From contig JAVZNE010000006.1 in the NCBI GenBank assembly GCA_038882975.1, positions 1-64,000 on the forward strand: a stretch of 64,000 bases of DNA. Direction: 5' to 3'. The stretch comes from Candidatus Bathyarchaeia archaeon (GTDB taxonomy: Archaea > Thermoproteota > Bathyarchaeia > Bathyarchaeales > Bathycorpusculaceae). Position 1 is the stretch's first letter. Each line of letters opens with the position of its first letter. The translations under genes were made by a program, and so were the position numbers. The notes beneath the pieces are model-generated. The model saw only the letters and a list, made by a program, of their open reading frames with translations, did not search any database and was not told the DNA's origin. Shown here in pieces: positions 1-8,889 of this stretch.

Positions 1-67
1 CCAAAATCATCGTTTCCGTTATACCCCTTTCAGCAACCCTCGACTTTGCATGTTTTGTAAATTTCAT
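1..67 (-). pseudogene. 5' part of a DUF4258-like (BrnT/RelE-type toxin) gene, apparently frameshifted; runs off the window
   Basis: Minus strand reads MKFTKHAKSRVAERG. Removing one G from the G5 run (24-28) continues as ITETMIL, matching the family pattern FTxHAxxRxxERGI. Confidence 0.5.
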
Positions 68-533
68 GCAACTACAACCTTTCTATTGGTTTGAAATTCT
101 GCCTGGTTAGTTTATTATTGTTGTGGTCGCATTTGCCTTCCCTTTTAGAGACGGCCCTTTTGTAAATGTAAATTTTGAAATCTCTTTGTCTTCTACAACC
201 GTCAGAACTAATGCAAATGCCTGCGAATTTAGGACTTGAACCCTTTTGGGTTTAAATCCCACCGGGCCCGCCACACTTAAAATTGAGTACGTGTAGACCT
301 GCGGGGTTGGCTCTTTTCCCATAGGGTCTTTAAAGTTTGGACATTTTCTAATTATAAATCCTGGGCTTCCTGTTAAAACTGATTTTAAAAGTCTTTATTC
401 CCATTTAGGCTTCTTTTGCTTTAGCTATGCTACTCAGCTCTTTTTAGCATTTCCTTACGTTTACCATTTGTTGCTTTTAGTTTTAAATAGCGGTAAAGAA
501 TTTCTTGTAATGTGATGCTGATTTAACGGAAAA

Positions 534-1130
534 TTATTGAAAAGTGAGGCGCATCCAACATAGCGTTCTTCCACAGACATTGCATTCTTTATCTACTATG
601 AACCCCTCTTTCTGATAGAAGTGGAATGCCGGAGTATTTTTATCGGCAACTAGCGTTATTCCTTTAAATCCTTCTTTTTTTGCCAGTTCGTACAGAAAAC
701 GTAACATTTTACGTCCATATCCTTGTCTTTGATAAGAAGGAAGAGTTCCTAATAACACAAGCTCAAGATAACTTTCTTCGTATTTTGGTTCTTCCTTATG
801 AACCGTTTCCAGCTCTTTTGCATTCTTCCAACCGATTGCTCCGCATAATGAAATTATGAACCGTATTAATGCAAACATGGATGGTTCTTTTGTAGAATCA
901 ACGGAAACCGAGGCGCAAACGAGTTTTCCGTCTTCCCTAATTCCATAAATAAGAGATTTAGGAGAGCTTCTGAAAAAGTCAAGGAAAGCTTTCATCACTT
1001 TTCTTGTTGCTTCTGGTTTACGACTTAAAGCGGGAATTAATGGGTGGCCATCCCTAAAAGCTTCCGTAAATAGGTCGAGCAATTCTGGTTTGCTGGAGCG
1101 TTTAAGTTCCTCCACCTTAAATCCTTCCAC
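534..1130 (-). CDS. GNAT family N-acetyltransferase
   Basis: Motif A YLELVLLGTLPSYQRQGYGRKML and motif B AFHFYQKEGF. Confidence 0.85.
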   Translation of the reverse strand: MEGFKVEELKRSSKPELLDLFTEAFRDGHPLIPALSRKPEATRKVMKAFLDFFRSSPKSLIYGIREDGKLVCASVSVDSTKEPSMFALIRFIISLCGAIGWKNAKELETVHKEEPKYEESYLELVLLGTLPSYQRQGYGRKMLRFLYELAKKEGFKGITLVADKNTPAFHFYQKEGFIVDKECNVCGRTLCWMRLTFQ

Positions 1131-1254
1131 AGGTCTTTACCTCAAGAACAGTCTTTAAGATATAAGTTTCGCAGAACTACCAATTTAGCCGTAAATAAGT
1201 AGTCGCCTTCTCACAGCTCTTTTGGTGGCTGCTAAGCCTATAAAACTCTTGGAG

Positions 1255-1329
1255 TGCTCCGGGCGGGATTTGAACCCGCGTCTCCGGCTCGAAAGGCCGG
1301 AATACTTGACCGGGCTATACTACCGGAGC
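1255..1329 (-). tRNA. tRNA-Glu (TTC)
   Basis: Cloverleaf GCTCCGG...CCGGAGC-A; anticodon arm CCGGC-CTTTCGA-GCCGG; T loop GGTTCAAATCC; CCA not encoded. Confidence 0.95.
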
Positions 1330-1370
1330 ACCATGGGCATCATGCAAATATTTGTGGTTTCGTTTAAACA

Positions 1371-2543
1371 TTATTCTTTTAGGGCTGTTTTTAAGCATTC
1401 TTTTAGTGGCGCCAAAATGGTTTCTGCCTTGTTTAGGGTTGGCGCGTAATGGGCTGTTTTTGCCGAGTTTGTCATTATTGTTTTTATTCCGAGCTGGTTT
1501 GTCCATGTTACTACTGCGCAGGTGTCTGTAAGGATTTTGGCGCCGCTTGCCTCAATTTTGCTCACATAGGCCTTAGCCTTTTCTTTTATTAGGCAGGAGG
1601 TGCAAATCCAAAATTCAACATCATTCCTAACTTTTCGGTTTCTAATGGCATCTGCAATTTCTTTTATTTCACGGGAAGAGCAGTGAGGACACCCAATAAA
1701 AATTAGGTCTGGTTTTCGCATTGAAGATGTCAGCTCCGCCACTGTTTCCTTAATGTCTTTTGGTTCTACAGTTATTTTTTCAAGTTTTCCTTCTACCTTG
1801 ACGCTTTTTCTATAATGAAACATGTTTACCATTCCAGCAGAAGCAAGTGCAGCCCCTAACTGCTTCAAGTCTTCATGAGACGGGTCTTTCAAGCCTTTGA
1901 TTAGTGGGATTTTATCCTCCAAAATTTTGCCAAGAAATATTCCCAAGGCACCGTAATCAACTTCGTTTTCCAGAGAAGCGCCAACTTCAACGACAATTTT
2001 TGGCCTGCGGTTCTCAGCCTTGTGTATTCCACAGTTTGGTGTTTTGCCAATGATAGCTGCTGCCAGAGCGCTTGGACCCCCCTCACGGTTTGTCCAAGCT
2101 CCTAAAACAGAGTTAGCGTAGACAACAGCTGATGATTCAGCCCATGCTAAGTGGACACCTTTTCTCGGTTCTCTAATATAATATGGCGTGCAAGTGAAAG
2201 ATTTTTTGAAGCCAAGCTTATCGAAAATTTTGCAGAGTTTTAGCTGCATTTCGACAAGATTTTTCGGCAGCCTCTTTGCCAAGTGTTCGGAGTCCAAACT
2301 TCGAGGATTAAGCGTGGCTTCCACAGCGACTTTTTCGTTGGCATTTGCCAAAGCCTCTAGGAAATCTGTGGGCGCTTCACCAAGGGTTTTGTATGAAACT
2401 CCAGAAACGTGGGCAGAATCGATCGGTATAAGCCTAGACGCATCGAAAAGCTCTCCAAGTTTGACAAGTATTTTCATGCAGATTTGCTTTGCCCAGCCGA
2501 ATTCGCCGTTGTAGATGCGCTCCTCCTCTTTTGTTAGATACGT
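1371..2543 (-). CDS. Aconitase X catalytic subunit (phosphomevalonate dehydratase large subunit family)
   Basis: Motifs AHVSGVSYKT, TCTPY, AWAESSAVVYANSVLGAWTNREGG, IGCPH, DTCAVV, TNSAK. ORF track starts at 2477, but the typical N-terminus YLTKEEERIYNGE extends to an ACG at 2541-2543. Confidence 0.9.
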   Translation of the reverse strand, partial: TYLTKEEERIYNGEFGWAKQICMKILVKLGELFDASRLIPIDSAHVSGVSYKTLGEAPTDFLEALANANEKVAVEATLNPRSLDSEHLAKRLPKNLVEMQLKLCKIFDKLGFKKSFTCTPYYIREPRKGVHLAWAESSAVVYANSVLGAWTNREGGPSALAAAIIGKTPNCGIHKAENRRPKIVVEVGASLENEVDYGALGIFLGKILEDKIPLIKGLKDPSHEDLKQLGAALASAGMVNMFHYRKSVKVEGKLEKITVEPKDIKETVAELTSSMRKPDLIFIGCPHCSSREIKEIADAIRNRKVRNDVEFWICTSCLIKEKAKAYVSKIEASGAKILTDTCAVVTWTNQLGIKTIMTNSAKTAHYAPTLNKAETILAPLKECLKTALKE

Positions 2544-2548
2544 GCCTT

Positions 2549-2962
2549 TTAACCCTCCGATTTTAGAACTTTAACGATTCCTTTGTGGGCGTCGATTTCA
2601 ACCAAGTCGCCTCTTTTAATCTTGCTTATGTCTATTTTATCCACCATGGGGATGTTAGCTATAACCGCTCCAACAACAATGACCGGGTCAGCTTTTTGGT
2701 TTATTATGGCTTTTGGCGCCAAGCCCTTTTTTGCCAGTGAATATAGCATGTAGCTGCCAACTGTTGAACCGTGCCCGTGGGGGAAGCATAAAACCTTATC
2801 TCTTACAGATTCGCCGTACAAATCATGCCTTTTCCCAATAATTTTCCCAGTTTCTGGGTCAACATCTCCGAGGAAACTTATGGGTTTGGCAGAGACAAGC
2901 GCCTCTGCTTTACAATACCCTTCAACGATTCCGCGTCCGCGCAGAACCATGTATTTTGCCAT
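2549..2962 (-). CDS. Aconitase X swivel-domain small subunit (DUF126)
   Basis: PISFLGDVDPETG, GHGSTVGSY, GLAPKAII. Start probably 2962 or 2950 rather than 3046, which overlaps the upstream gene. Confidence 0.9.
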   Translation of the reverse strand: MAKYMVLRGRGIVEGYCKAEALVSAKPISFLGDVDPETGKIIGKRHDLYGESVRDKVLCFPHGHGSTVGSYMLYSLAKKGLAPKAIINQKADPVIVVGAVIANIPMVDKIDISKIKRGDLVEIDAHKGIVKVLKSEG

Positions 2963-2975
2963 TTCAGATGCCCTT

Positions 2976-4286
2976 TCAATAGGATATTTTGGCTGATGAT
3001 GGAATTTCACCGAGGATTTTCGATGCGACTTCCGCAACTCTCCCACGATTCTTTTCGTCTGTGTAAACCCTTAAAATGTTTATGAAACCCTTTAGGACGT
3101 CAAAAATTCCAGAAATCTCGCTAAGCCTCTTAACCTCCTTTTTCCCATCATGGGTTTTTCCAAAAACTGGAATTTCCATGGGCTCCATAAACATGGAATG
3201 GTGGTATGGAACAGAAGGCACCGTTGGCACATCAATTATTATGGCTTCAGGGTCAACCTTTGCATCTTTTGCGATTTTGTTCCTTATCTGGTTGCGGAAC
3301 TCTTCGGCGCTGAAAATGTTTGAAACAGTCTTATCCTTAACGTAGAAGGTCTGCTCGTAGGCGCATTTCAGCATTTTCCGCCTTTCAAGATTCCTTATGA
3401 TTGGGCTGGATTTTTTGCAGTTTTTGAGCATAGTCCAAACCGTATAGTCATCCATCGCCAAATACTCCTCAGTCGTCTTAAAGGCAGACAAGCCCAGCTC
3501 CTCATCCGCCTTCTCAAGGGCCGTTGCCAGCATTATTTGGGCTGCTCTCCCAACACGGTGGAAGTATATGCTCTTAAATGATTCTATTCGGGCTATTATG
3601 AAGGATTCAAGGGTTGAAAGCGCCCCAATATCAACGGCTAAGTTCCCGTCTAAAACGTCGAAAGTGTGGATTAAGCGGAAAACATCCACAAAGCCATACT
3701 CAGCGCCCGTGTGGTAGGTATCCCTAACAACAAAATCCAGCTTATCAACATCTATGGAGCTTCTTATTATCTGGTTTAGGAAGGCTTTTCCGCGTATGGA
3801 CAAGGAGCCAACAGCAAGCTCGGCTATATCTTCGGCTTTATATCCAAAACTGGTAAGCAAATCTTTCAGCTCGCTGTGTCTGATTATCCAGGCGGTTATG
3901 TCCTCATGGGTTTTGTTAAGCTTCTTCGTTAGCAAATGTTCAAAAACATGGGAGAAGGGACCATGACCAACATCGTGGAGCAAGCCGGCAATCCGCACAG
4001 CCTCAGCCTCTTCTTCGCTTACTAGCTGGGAAATGTTTGGGTTTTCAGCCACCCTACCAGCCAAGTACATAACGCCTATAGAATGTTCAAAGCGTGTGTG
4101 ATTCGCCCCAGGATAAACATATTCAGCACCGGCCAACTGCCTCAGCCTACGAAGCCTCTGAACTGGATAAGAGTCGATGATTTCCTTCTCTTCCTCCGTT
4201 ATGTAGACGTACCCATGTACAGGGTCTTTTATTTCACCCCAATAGTTTCTCGGCATCATCACTTCTCCGGTGATTAGGCTTAACAA
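2976..4286 (-). CDS. HD-domain phosphohydrolase (SAMHD1/dNTPase-like)
   Basis: IKDPVHG, QRLRRLRQL, HTRFEHSIG, LLHDVGHGPFSH, DVDKLDF, IYFH. Confidence 0.9.
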   Translation of the reverse strand: MLSLITGEVMMPRNYWGEIKDPVHGYVYITEEEKEIIDSYPVQRLRRLRQLAGAEYVYPGANHTRFEHSIGVMYLAGRVAENPNISQLVSEEEAEAVRIAGLLHDVGHGPFSHVFEHLLTKKLNKTHEDITAWIIRHSELKDLLTSFGYKAEDIAELAVGSLSIRGKAFLNQIIRSSIDVDKLDFVVRDTYHTGAEYGFVDVFRLIHTFDVLDGNLAVDIGALSTLESFIIARIESFKSIYFHRVGRAAQIMLATALEKADEELGLSAFKTTEEYLAMDDYTVWTMLKNCKKSSPIIRNLERRKMLKCAYEQTFYVKDKTVSNIFSAEEFRNQIRNKIAKDAKVDPEAIIIDVPTVPSVPYHHSMFMEPMEIPVFGKTHDGKKEVKRLSEISGIFDVLKGFINILRVYTDEKNRGRVAEVASKILGEIPSSAKISY

Positions 4287-4317
4287 TTATTAATGCATGC
4301 CCCTCTTATAATGTCTA

Positions 4318-4938
4318 ATGCTGCTGGAGGACAAAACATTGGAAAAAAGAGGGTTCTTTATATGTATCGAAGGCTTAGATGGCTGCGGAAAAACAACTCA
4401 AGCCAAAATTTTAGTGAAAGAACTTCGGAGGATCGGCTATAACGCGGTTTACACAGCTGAGCCGAGCCGTGGAAAAATTGGGAGATTCATAAAGAGGTAC
4501 TGCCTCCATGGCGGAAAGCGAGTCTCCAGCATAGTTGAAGCCTTACTCTTCGCTGCTGACCGATACGAACATTTGAAAAACGAGATAATCCCAGCCTTGA
4601 AAGCTGGAAAAATGGTGGTTTCCGATCGCTACCTCTATTCTTCTTTGGCTTACCAAGGGGCAGCCGGGTTAAACCTAGACTGGATTAGACGAATAAACGA
4701 GCATGCAATACCGCCTAATTTGGCGATTTTCATAGACGTGGAGCCAAACACAGTCATTAAAAGGCTGAAACCCAAGAAATCTGTCATGGAAAACCTTGAA
4801 ACCCAGCGTAAGGTTCGTGAAGTCTATCTAAAATTTGTTGAAAATGGCGAACTTGTCAGAGTGGATGGAAACAAATCAAAGAGGGAAGTCGCCAGAGAAA
4901 TTTTGTCCACAGTTTTAGATTGCTTGAAAAGTGGCTAG
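4318..4938 (+). CDS. tmk: Thymidylate kinase
   Basis: IEGLDGCGKTTQ P-loop, LLFAADR, DRYLYSSLAYQG. Confidence 0.95.
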   Translation: MLLEDKTLEKRGFFICIEGLDGCGKTTQAKILVKELRRIGYNAVYTAEPSRGKIGRFIKRYCLHGGKRVSSIVEALLFAADRYEHLKNEIIPALKAGKMVVSDRYLYSSLAYQGAAGLNLDWIRRINEHAIPPNLAIFIDVEPNTVIKRLKPKKSVMENLETQRKVREVYLKFVENGELVRVDGNKSKREVAREILSTVLDCLKSG

Positions 4939-5435
4939 ACAGCCTTCAAAACTCTTCTTGGAAAAAGTTGGTTAACCCTTTCAACAATTAAGTTGATTAG
5001 ATCTTCTGGTGGCATGTGTCTCGGTCCTCTTTCGTGAAAAATAAGCGTGTCAACATAGCCAGCGCTAAATATCAGGCGGATCATGTAATAGTCAAACTTC
5101 AGCGGAGACTTATTTCCATCCCGTTCCTTGTAATATCGTATGGCGCAAAAAAGGTCCATTATCTGAAGTGGAGCCTTATGGATTTCTCCTAAAACTTTCT
5201 GTGTTTCATCTTGGTCTAGGTAGTTAAACGCGTCACCATCAGCTATTCCAAATTCAAAAGCAACAGTACATTCGAATGTAGAAGGGCTTATGATATCCTG
5301 TAGGCGCAGGTTTTCGCTGTTAAGTTTCGCTAAGCACTGAACCAACACTTTTTGAAGTGTTTTACTGGAAACTGTTGAGGCGAAGCGCATCACCTTTTGC
5401 ACGTTTACTGGAAAATTTTCGTAAAAGCCAAACAT
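4935..5435 (-). CDS. Hypothetical protein
   Basis: Clean 166-aa ORF following 5457..5843 on the same strand; no motif recognised. Confidence 0.6.
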   Translation of the reverse strand: MFGFYENFPVNVQKVMRFASTVSSKTLQKVLVQCLAKLNSENLRLQDIISPSTFECTVAFEFGIADGDAFNYLDQDETQKVLGEIHKAPLQIMDLFCAIRYYKERDGNKSPLKFDYYMIRLIFSAGYVDTLIFHERGPRHMPPEDLINLIVERVNQLFPRRVLKAV

Positions 5436-5456
5436 GCCCCGCCCTCGCCTAAAAAG

Positions 5457-5843
5457 CTATATTCTTTTGGCTTTCCTTACTTTTTCCAAATTTTCCAGAA
5501 GTCCAGAAAGTGCCAAACCGAGTTTCTGAAGCTCCTCAACATTTGTTTCATGTTGCATTTTCTCTTGGATTTCTTGTATTTTCGTCAGTAAAGTAGCCTC
5601 AAGGGTTTCAAGGCTTAACGTGCTTGTCACTTTTACCAGCTCCGTTTCTTCTTTAACAACAATCACTTTTTTCCCGCATCTTGCACACCATAAATCTCCG
5701 CTTTTAAGCCTAAACAATGGGGAGGCGCAAACTGGACAAGCCAGCTCGGTTAGGGTTTGACCTTGACGAAGCAAGTCAGCCATACGCTTAATATACTGTT
5801 CCTCAGTCGCCTCTGTGTCCGCTTTCTCCTTGTTATGCGACAT
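5457..5843 (-). CDS. UPF0148 / autoantigen p27-like zinc-ribbon protein
   Basis: MADLLRQG..TLTELACPVCASPLF...LWCARC followed by a coiled coil. Confidence 0.85.
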   Translation of the reverse strand: MSHNKEKADTEATEEQYIKRMADLLRQGQTLTELACPVCASPLFRLKSGDLWCARCGKKVIVVKEETELVKVTSTLSLETLEATLLTKIQEIQEKMQHETNVEELQKLGLALSGLLENLEKVRKAKRI

Positions 5844-5906
5844 TCTCTCAAGCCTCGAAAATAGATAGGCATAAAAGCCTATATAACTTGATTATCTGAA
5901 ATTGAT

Positions 5907-6197
5907 GTGGTGACGGGCATGGTTAGGAAGAAGAAGCTAGAGGAGTATGAGGAGCGAATAAAGCAGGCTATGGCTGTGCTAGCCGAAGTTTCAGAAGACA
6001 CAACAACTCCACGTAACATTAGGAGGGCGGCGAAAGATTCAATGGACGCTCTACAAACAACGGAATTCACGCCCGCAGTTAGAGCTTCAAACGCCATATC
6101 CATACTTGACGAGATTTTACAAGATCCAAACATGCCGCCATACACCCGTGTGAAGCTCTGGAATGTGATGAGCATCCTTGAAGCCATAAAAGATTAG
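5907..6197 (+). CDS. UPF0147 family protein
   Basis: EDTTTPRNIRRAA, AISILDEI..DPNMPPYTR..LW. Confidence 0.9.
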   Translation: MVTGMVRKKKLEEYEERIKQAMAVLAEVSEDTTTPRNIRRAAKDSMDALQTTEFTPAVRASNAISILDEILQDPNMPPYTRVKLWNVMSILEAIKD

Positions 6198-6206
6198 AAA
6201 AACTTT

Positions 6207-6569
6207 ATGGGGAGCATCTTCATGAAGGTTTTCCATTATAGCGAGGTTAAAGCCGAAGAAGCCCAAGAAGAGGGGGCTTCAAAGTTGAAGGTTAGATGGC
6301 TTATCACAAGGGACATTGGCGCTCCAAACTTTGCAATGAGGTTTTTTGAAATGGAACCTGGAGGACACAGTCCATTGCATACTCACCCATGGGAACACGA
6401 AGTTTTCATTCTAGAGGGCGAAGGCGTCGTTATAGGCGCTGATGGGGAGAGAAAGTTTAAGCCCGGCGATGTAGTTTTTATTCCGCCCAATGAGAGGCAC
6501 CAGTTTAGAAACAGCGGAAATAAAACCGTAAAGTTTCTATGCCTCGTTCCTCATCATAAATCCAAATAG
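6207..6569 (+). CDS. Cupin domain protein
   Basis: PGGHSPLHTHPWEHEVFILEG, PGDVVFIPPNERH. Confidence 0.9.
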   Translation: MGSIFMKVFHYSEVKAEEAQEEGASKLKVRWLITRDIGAPNFAMRFFEMEPGGHSPLHTHPWEHEVFILEGEGVVIGADGERKFKPGDVVFIPPNERHQFRNSGNKTVKFLCLVPHHKSK

Positions 6570-6628
6570 GTTTTCTTGGTTAATTCTACGACATCGCTGT
6601 AGTTTCAAGATTCGCTAAAAATATATGC

Positions 6629-8056
6629 TTGTTGTCACATCTAGTTTTGGGCTTTAAGAGGTATAATGCTTTGAAATATGATGTGATAATTGTCGGTGCT
6701 GGTCCAGCCGGGATATTTTCAGCCCTTGAAATTGTTGAAAAAGCAGATCTCAACATATTAATGCTCGACAAGGGTCCAGATTTAGAGCGGAGAAAATGCC
6801 CAGCAAGCAGGGGCTTCGGATGCGTAAACTGTGAACCATGTGGGCTTCTATGCGGGTGGGGTGGAGCTGGGGCCTTCAGCGACGGCAAACTAACCATATC
6901 CACGGAAGTTGGCGGCTGGCTAAACCAATATGTTTCAGAAAAGGAGCTGGGCGAGCTGATAAATTACGTGGACAGTGTTTACATCAAATTTGGCGCTCCA
7001 AATCGAGTTTACGGCGAAGACGTAGAAAAAGTTGAGGAAATCGAGAGAAAGGCATCATTAGCTGGACTAAAACTTATTCACCAGAGGATTAGGCACATGG
7101 GAACTGAACGTTGCGCCCAAACATTGCGAAAAATGCGCCAAGAACTCAACGGAAAAGTTGACATTAAAATGAGGAAAGATGTTAAGGGGCTAATAGTGAA
7201 AAACGGCGTGGTTGAAGGCGTCGAAACAGTTGACAGAGAAAAGTTCTTCGGCAAATATGTAATTGTGGCGCCTGGAAGGGGTGGAGCGGAATGGCTTCAA
7301 ACAGAAGCCCAAGCGTTAGGGTTAAAAACACTTAACAATCCCGTGGACGTCGGCGTCAGAGTGGAAGTTTTAGCTGCAGTTATGGAGGAGCTAACAAATA
7401 TCCTTTATGAACCGAAATTCGTTTACTACTCAAAGTTTTTCGATGACCAAGTTAGGACTTTCTGCGTGGCGCCCTACGGCGAGGTCATAACCGAATCCTA
7501 CAATGGGGTCTTGACTGTTAATGGGCAGAGCTATGCGGAGCGGAAAACAGAAAACACAAACTTCGCAATTCTCGTTAGCACATCATTCACGGAACCCTTC
7601 AAAGAACCCATAGCCTATGGAAAATATTTGGCTAGGCTCTCAAACCTCCTAAGCGGAGGCATACTAATACAGCGTCTAGGCGACTTGGAAGCTGGAAGAC
7701 GCTCAACACCAGAAAGAATCGCAAGGAGCATTGTAGCACCAACGCTAAAGAACGCCACGCCCGGCGACTTAAGCTTCGTCCTACCATATCGTTATCTTGC
7801 AGATATAAGAGAGATGCTTGAAGCCATAGATAAAATCGCTCCAGGAATACACTCACGAGACACGCTGTTATATGGTGTGGAGGTGAAATTCTACTCCTCA
7901 AGGCTGGAGTTAAGCAGCACCCTTGAAACAAAAATACGAAACCTATTCACAATCGGCGACGGCGCCGGAGTAACTAGGGGTCTAATACAAGCTTCAGCGT
8001 CAGGCGTTATAGTTGCAAGAGAAATTTTGAAGCGTGAAAAACAGAAGGTTAAATAA
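6629..8056 (+). CDS. FAD/NAD(P)-dependent oxidoreductase (uncharacterised dehydrogenase family)
   Basis: GAGPAG, GWGGAGAFSDGKL, DVGVRVE, YGVEVKFYS, GDGAGVTRG. Likely start TTG 6671. Confidence 0.85.
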   Translation: MLSHLVLGFKRYNALKYDVIIVGAGPAGIFSALEIVEKADLNILMLDKGPDLERRKCPASRGFGCVNCEPCGLLCGWGGAGAFSDGKLTISTEVGGWLNQYVSEKELGELINYVDSVYIKFGAPNRVYGEDVEKVEEIERKASLAGLKLIHQRIRHMGTERCAQTLRKMRQELNGKVDIKMRKDVKGLIVKNGVVEGVETVDREKFFGKYVIVAPGRGGAEWLQTEAQALGLKTLNNPVDVGVRVEVLAAVMEELTNILYEPKFVYYSKFFDDQVRTFCVAPYGEVITESYNGVLTVNGQSYAERKTENTNFAILVSTSFTEPFKEPIAYGKYLARLSNLLSGGILIQRLGDLEAGRRSTPERIARSIVAPTLKNATPGDLSFVLPYRYLADIREMLEAIDKIAPGIHSRDTLLYGVEVKFYSSRLELSSTLETKIRNLFTIGDGAGVTRGLIQASASGVIVAREILKREKQKVK

Positions 8057-8810
8057 AGTGTCAATAGTTAAGGAATTGAGCTGCTCCTACTGTGGTGCAC
8101 CCATCTCCTTTGAGTCTGGCGAAATTATAGCAACATGCAGATACTGCGGCTACACTGTAGTAATTGAAACCGGAAAGGCTTTCACCTTTGAGCATTCAAT
8201 GCTGTTGAACAAGTATAGTTTAGTGCAGATAGAAGAGCCTGTCAGAGGTTGGATGAGTTCTGGATTTCTCAAACCAGCAGATCTAGCTAAAAGGTCAAAA
8301 ATAATTGAGAAGACGCTGATGTATCTCCCCTTCTGGATCATATCGGTTGAGGCAGAAAGCACCTACAAAGGCATTTTTGAAAGGATAACCCCACCCCTTG
8401 TGAAGGATGGGAAAATTGTGAAAAAGTATGACTGGCTTGTTCTCGCAAGAAAAGCCACACAATTCCCAACAAGAGAATACGACGTTCCATTGGAGGGCAA
8501 GATTCCATACGACTTTAGGAAAGTCGAGGATTTCGCCAAAATATTAAACAGTGAAATTGACAGGGATGAGGCTGTTGAAATCGCCAAACAGCAAATTGTG
8601 GAACATCACCAATACCTGGCACAGCAAGATGTCGACAGAATCATTGAAATGAAAAACGAGATAAAAGTTGGTCAAACGGTTTACCTCCACGTGCCGATAT
8701 GGTTCATAAAATACGAGTATAAGGGCGAAATTTACAGTTTGTGGCTGGATGGAGCAACTGGAACGGTCATAAAAGGGGATATACCAACAGCCAAATTCGG
8801 AATATTTTAG
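8034..8810 (+). CDS. Zinc-ribbon domain protein
   Basis: CSYCGAP...CRYCG N-terminus; YLPFW and VPIW motifs; DGATG near the end. Confidence 0.7.
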   Translation: MKNRRLNKVSIVKELSCSYCGAPISFESGEIIATCRYCGYTVVIETGKAFTFEHSMLLNKYSLVQIEEPVRGWMSSGFLKPADLAKRSKIIEKTLMYLPFWIISVEAESTYKGIFERITPPLVKDGKIVKKYDWLVLARKATQFPTREYDVPLEGKIPYDFRKVEDFAKILNSEIDRDEAVEIAKQQIVEHHQYLAQQDVDRIIEMKNEIKVGQTVYLHVPIWFIKYEYKGEIYSLWLDGATGTVIKGDIPTAKFGIF

Positions 8811-8889
8811 GCGCAAACCAAACCCTTTCTAAACATTTTTTATCTACAATTACGTGATTATGGATACTGTCGTAGGGGTTTGAAATACG

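Noticed and set aside
107-322. 71-aa minus-strand ORF
   Set aside because: No recognisable motif; may be a gene fragment in the decaying patch, but I cannot support it.
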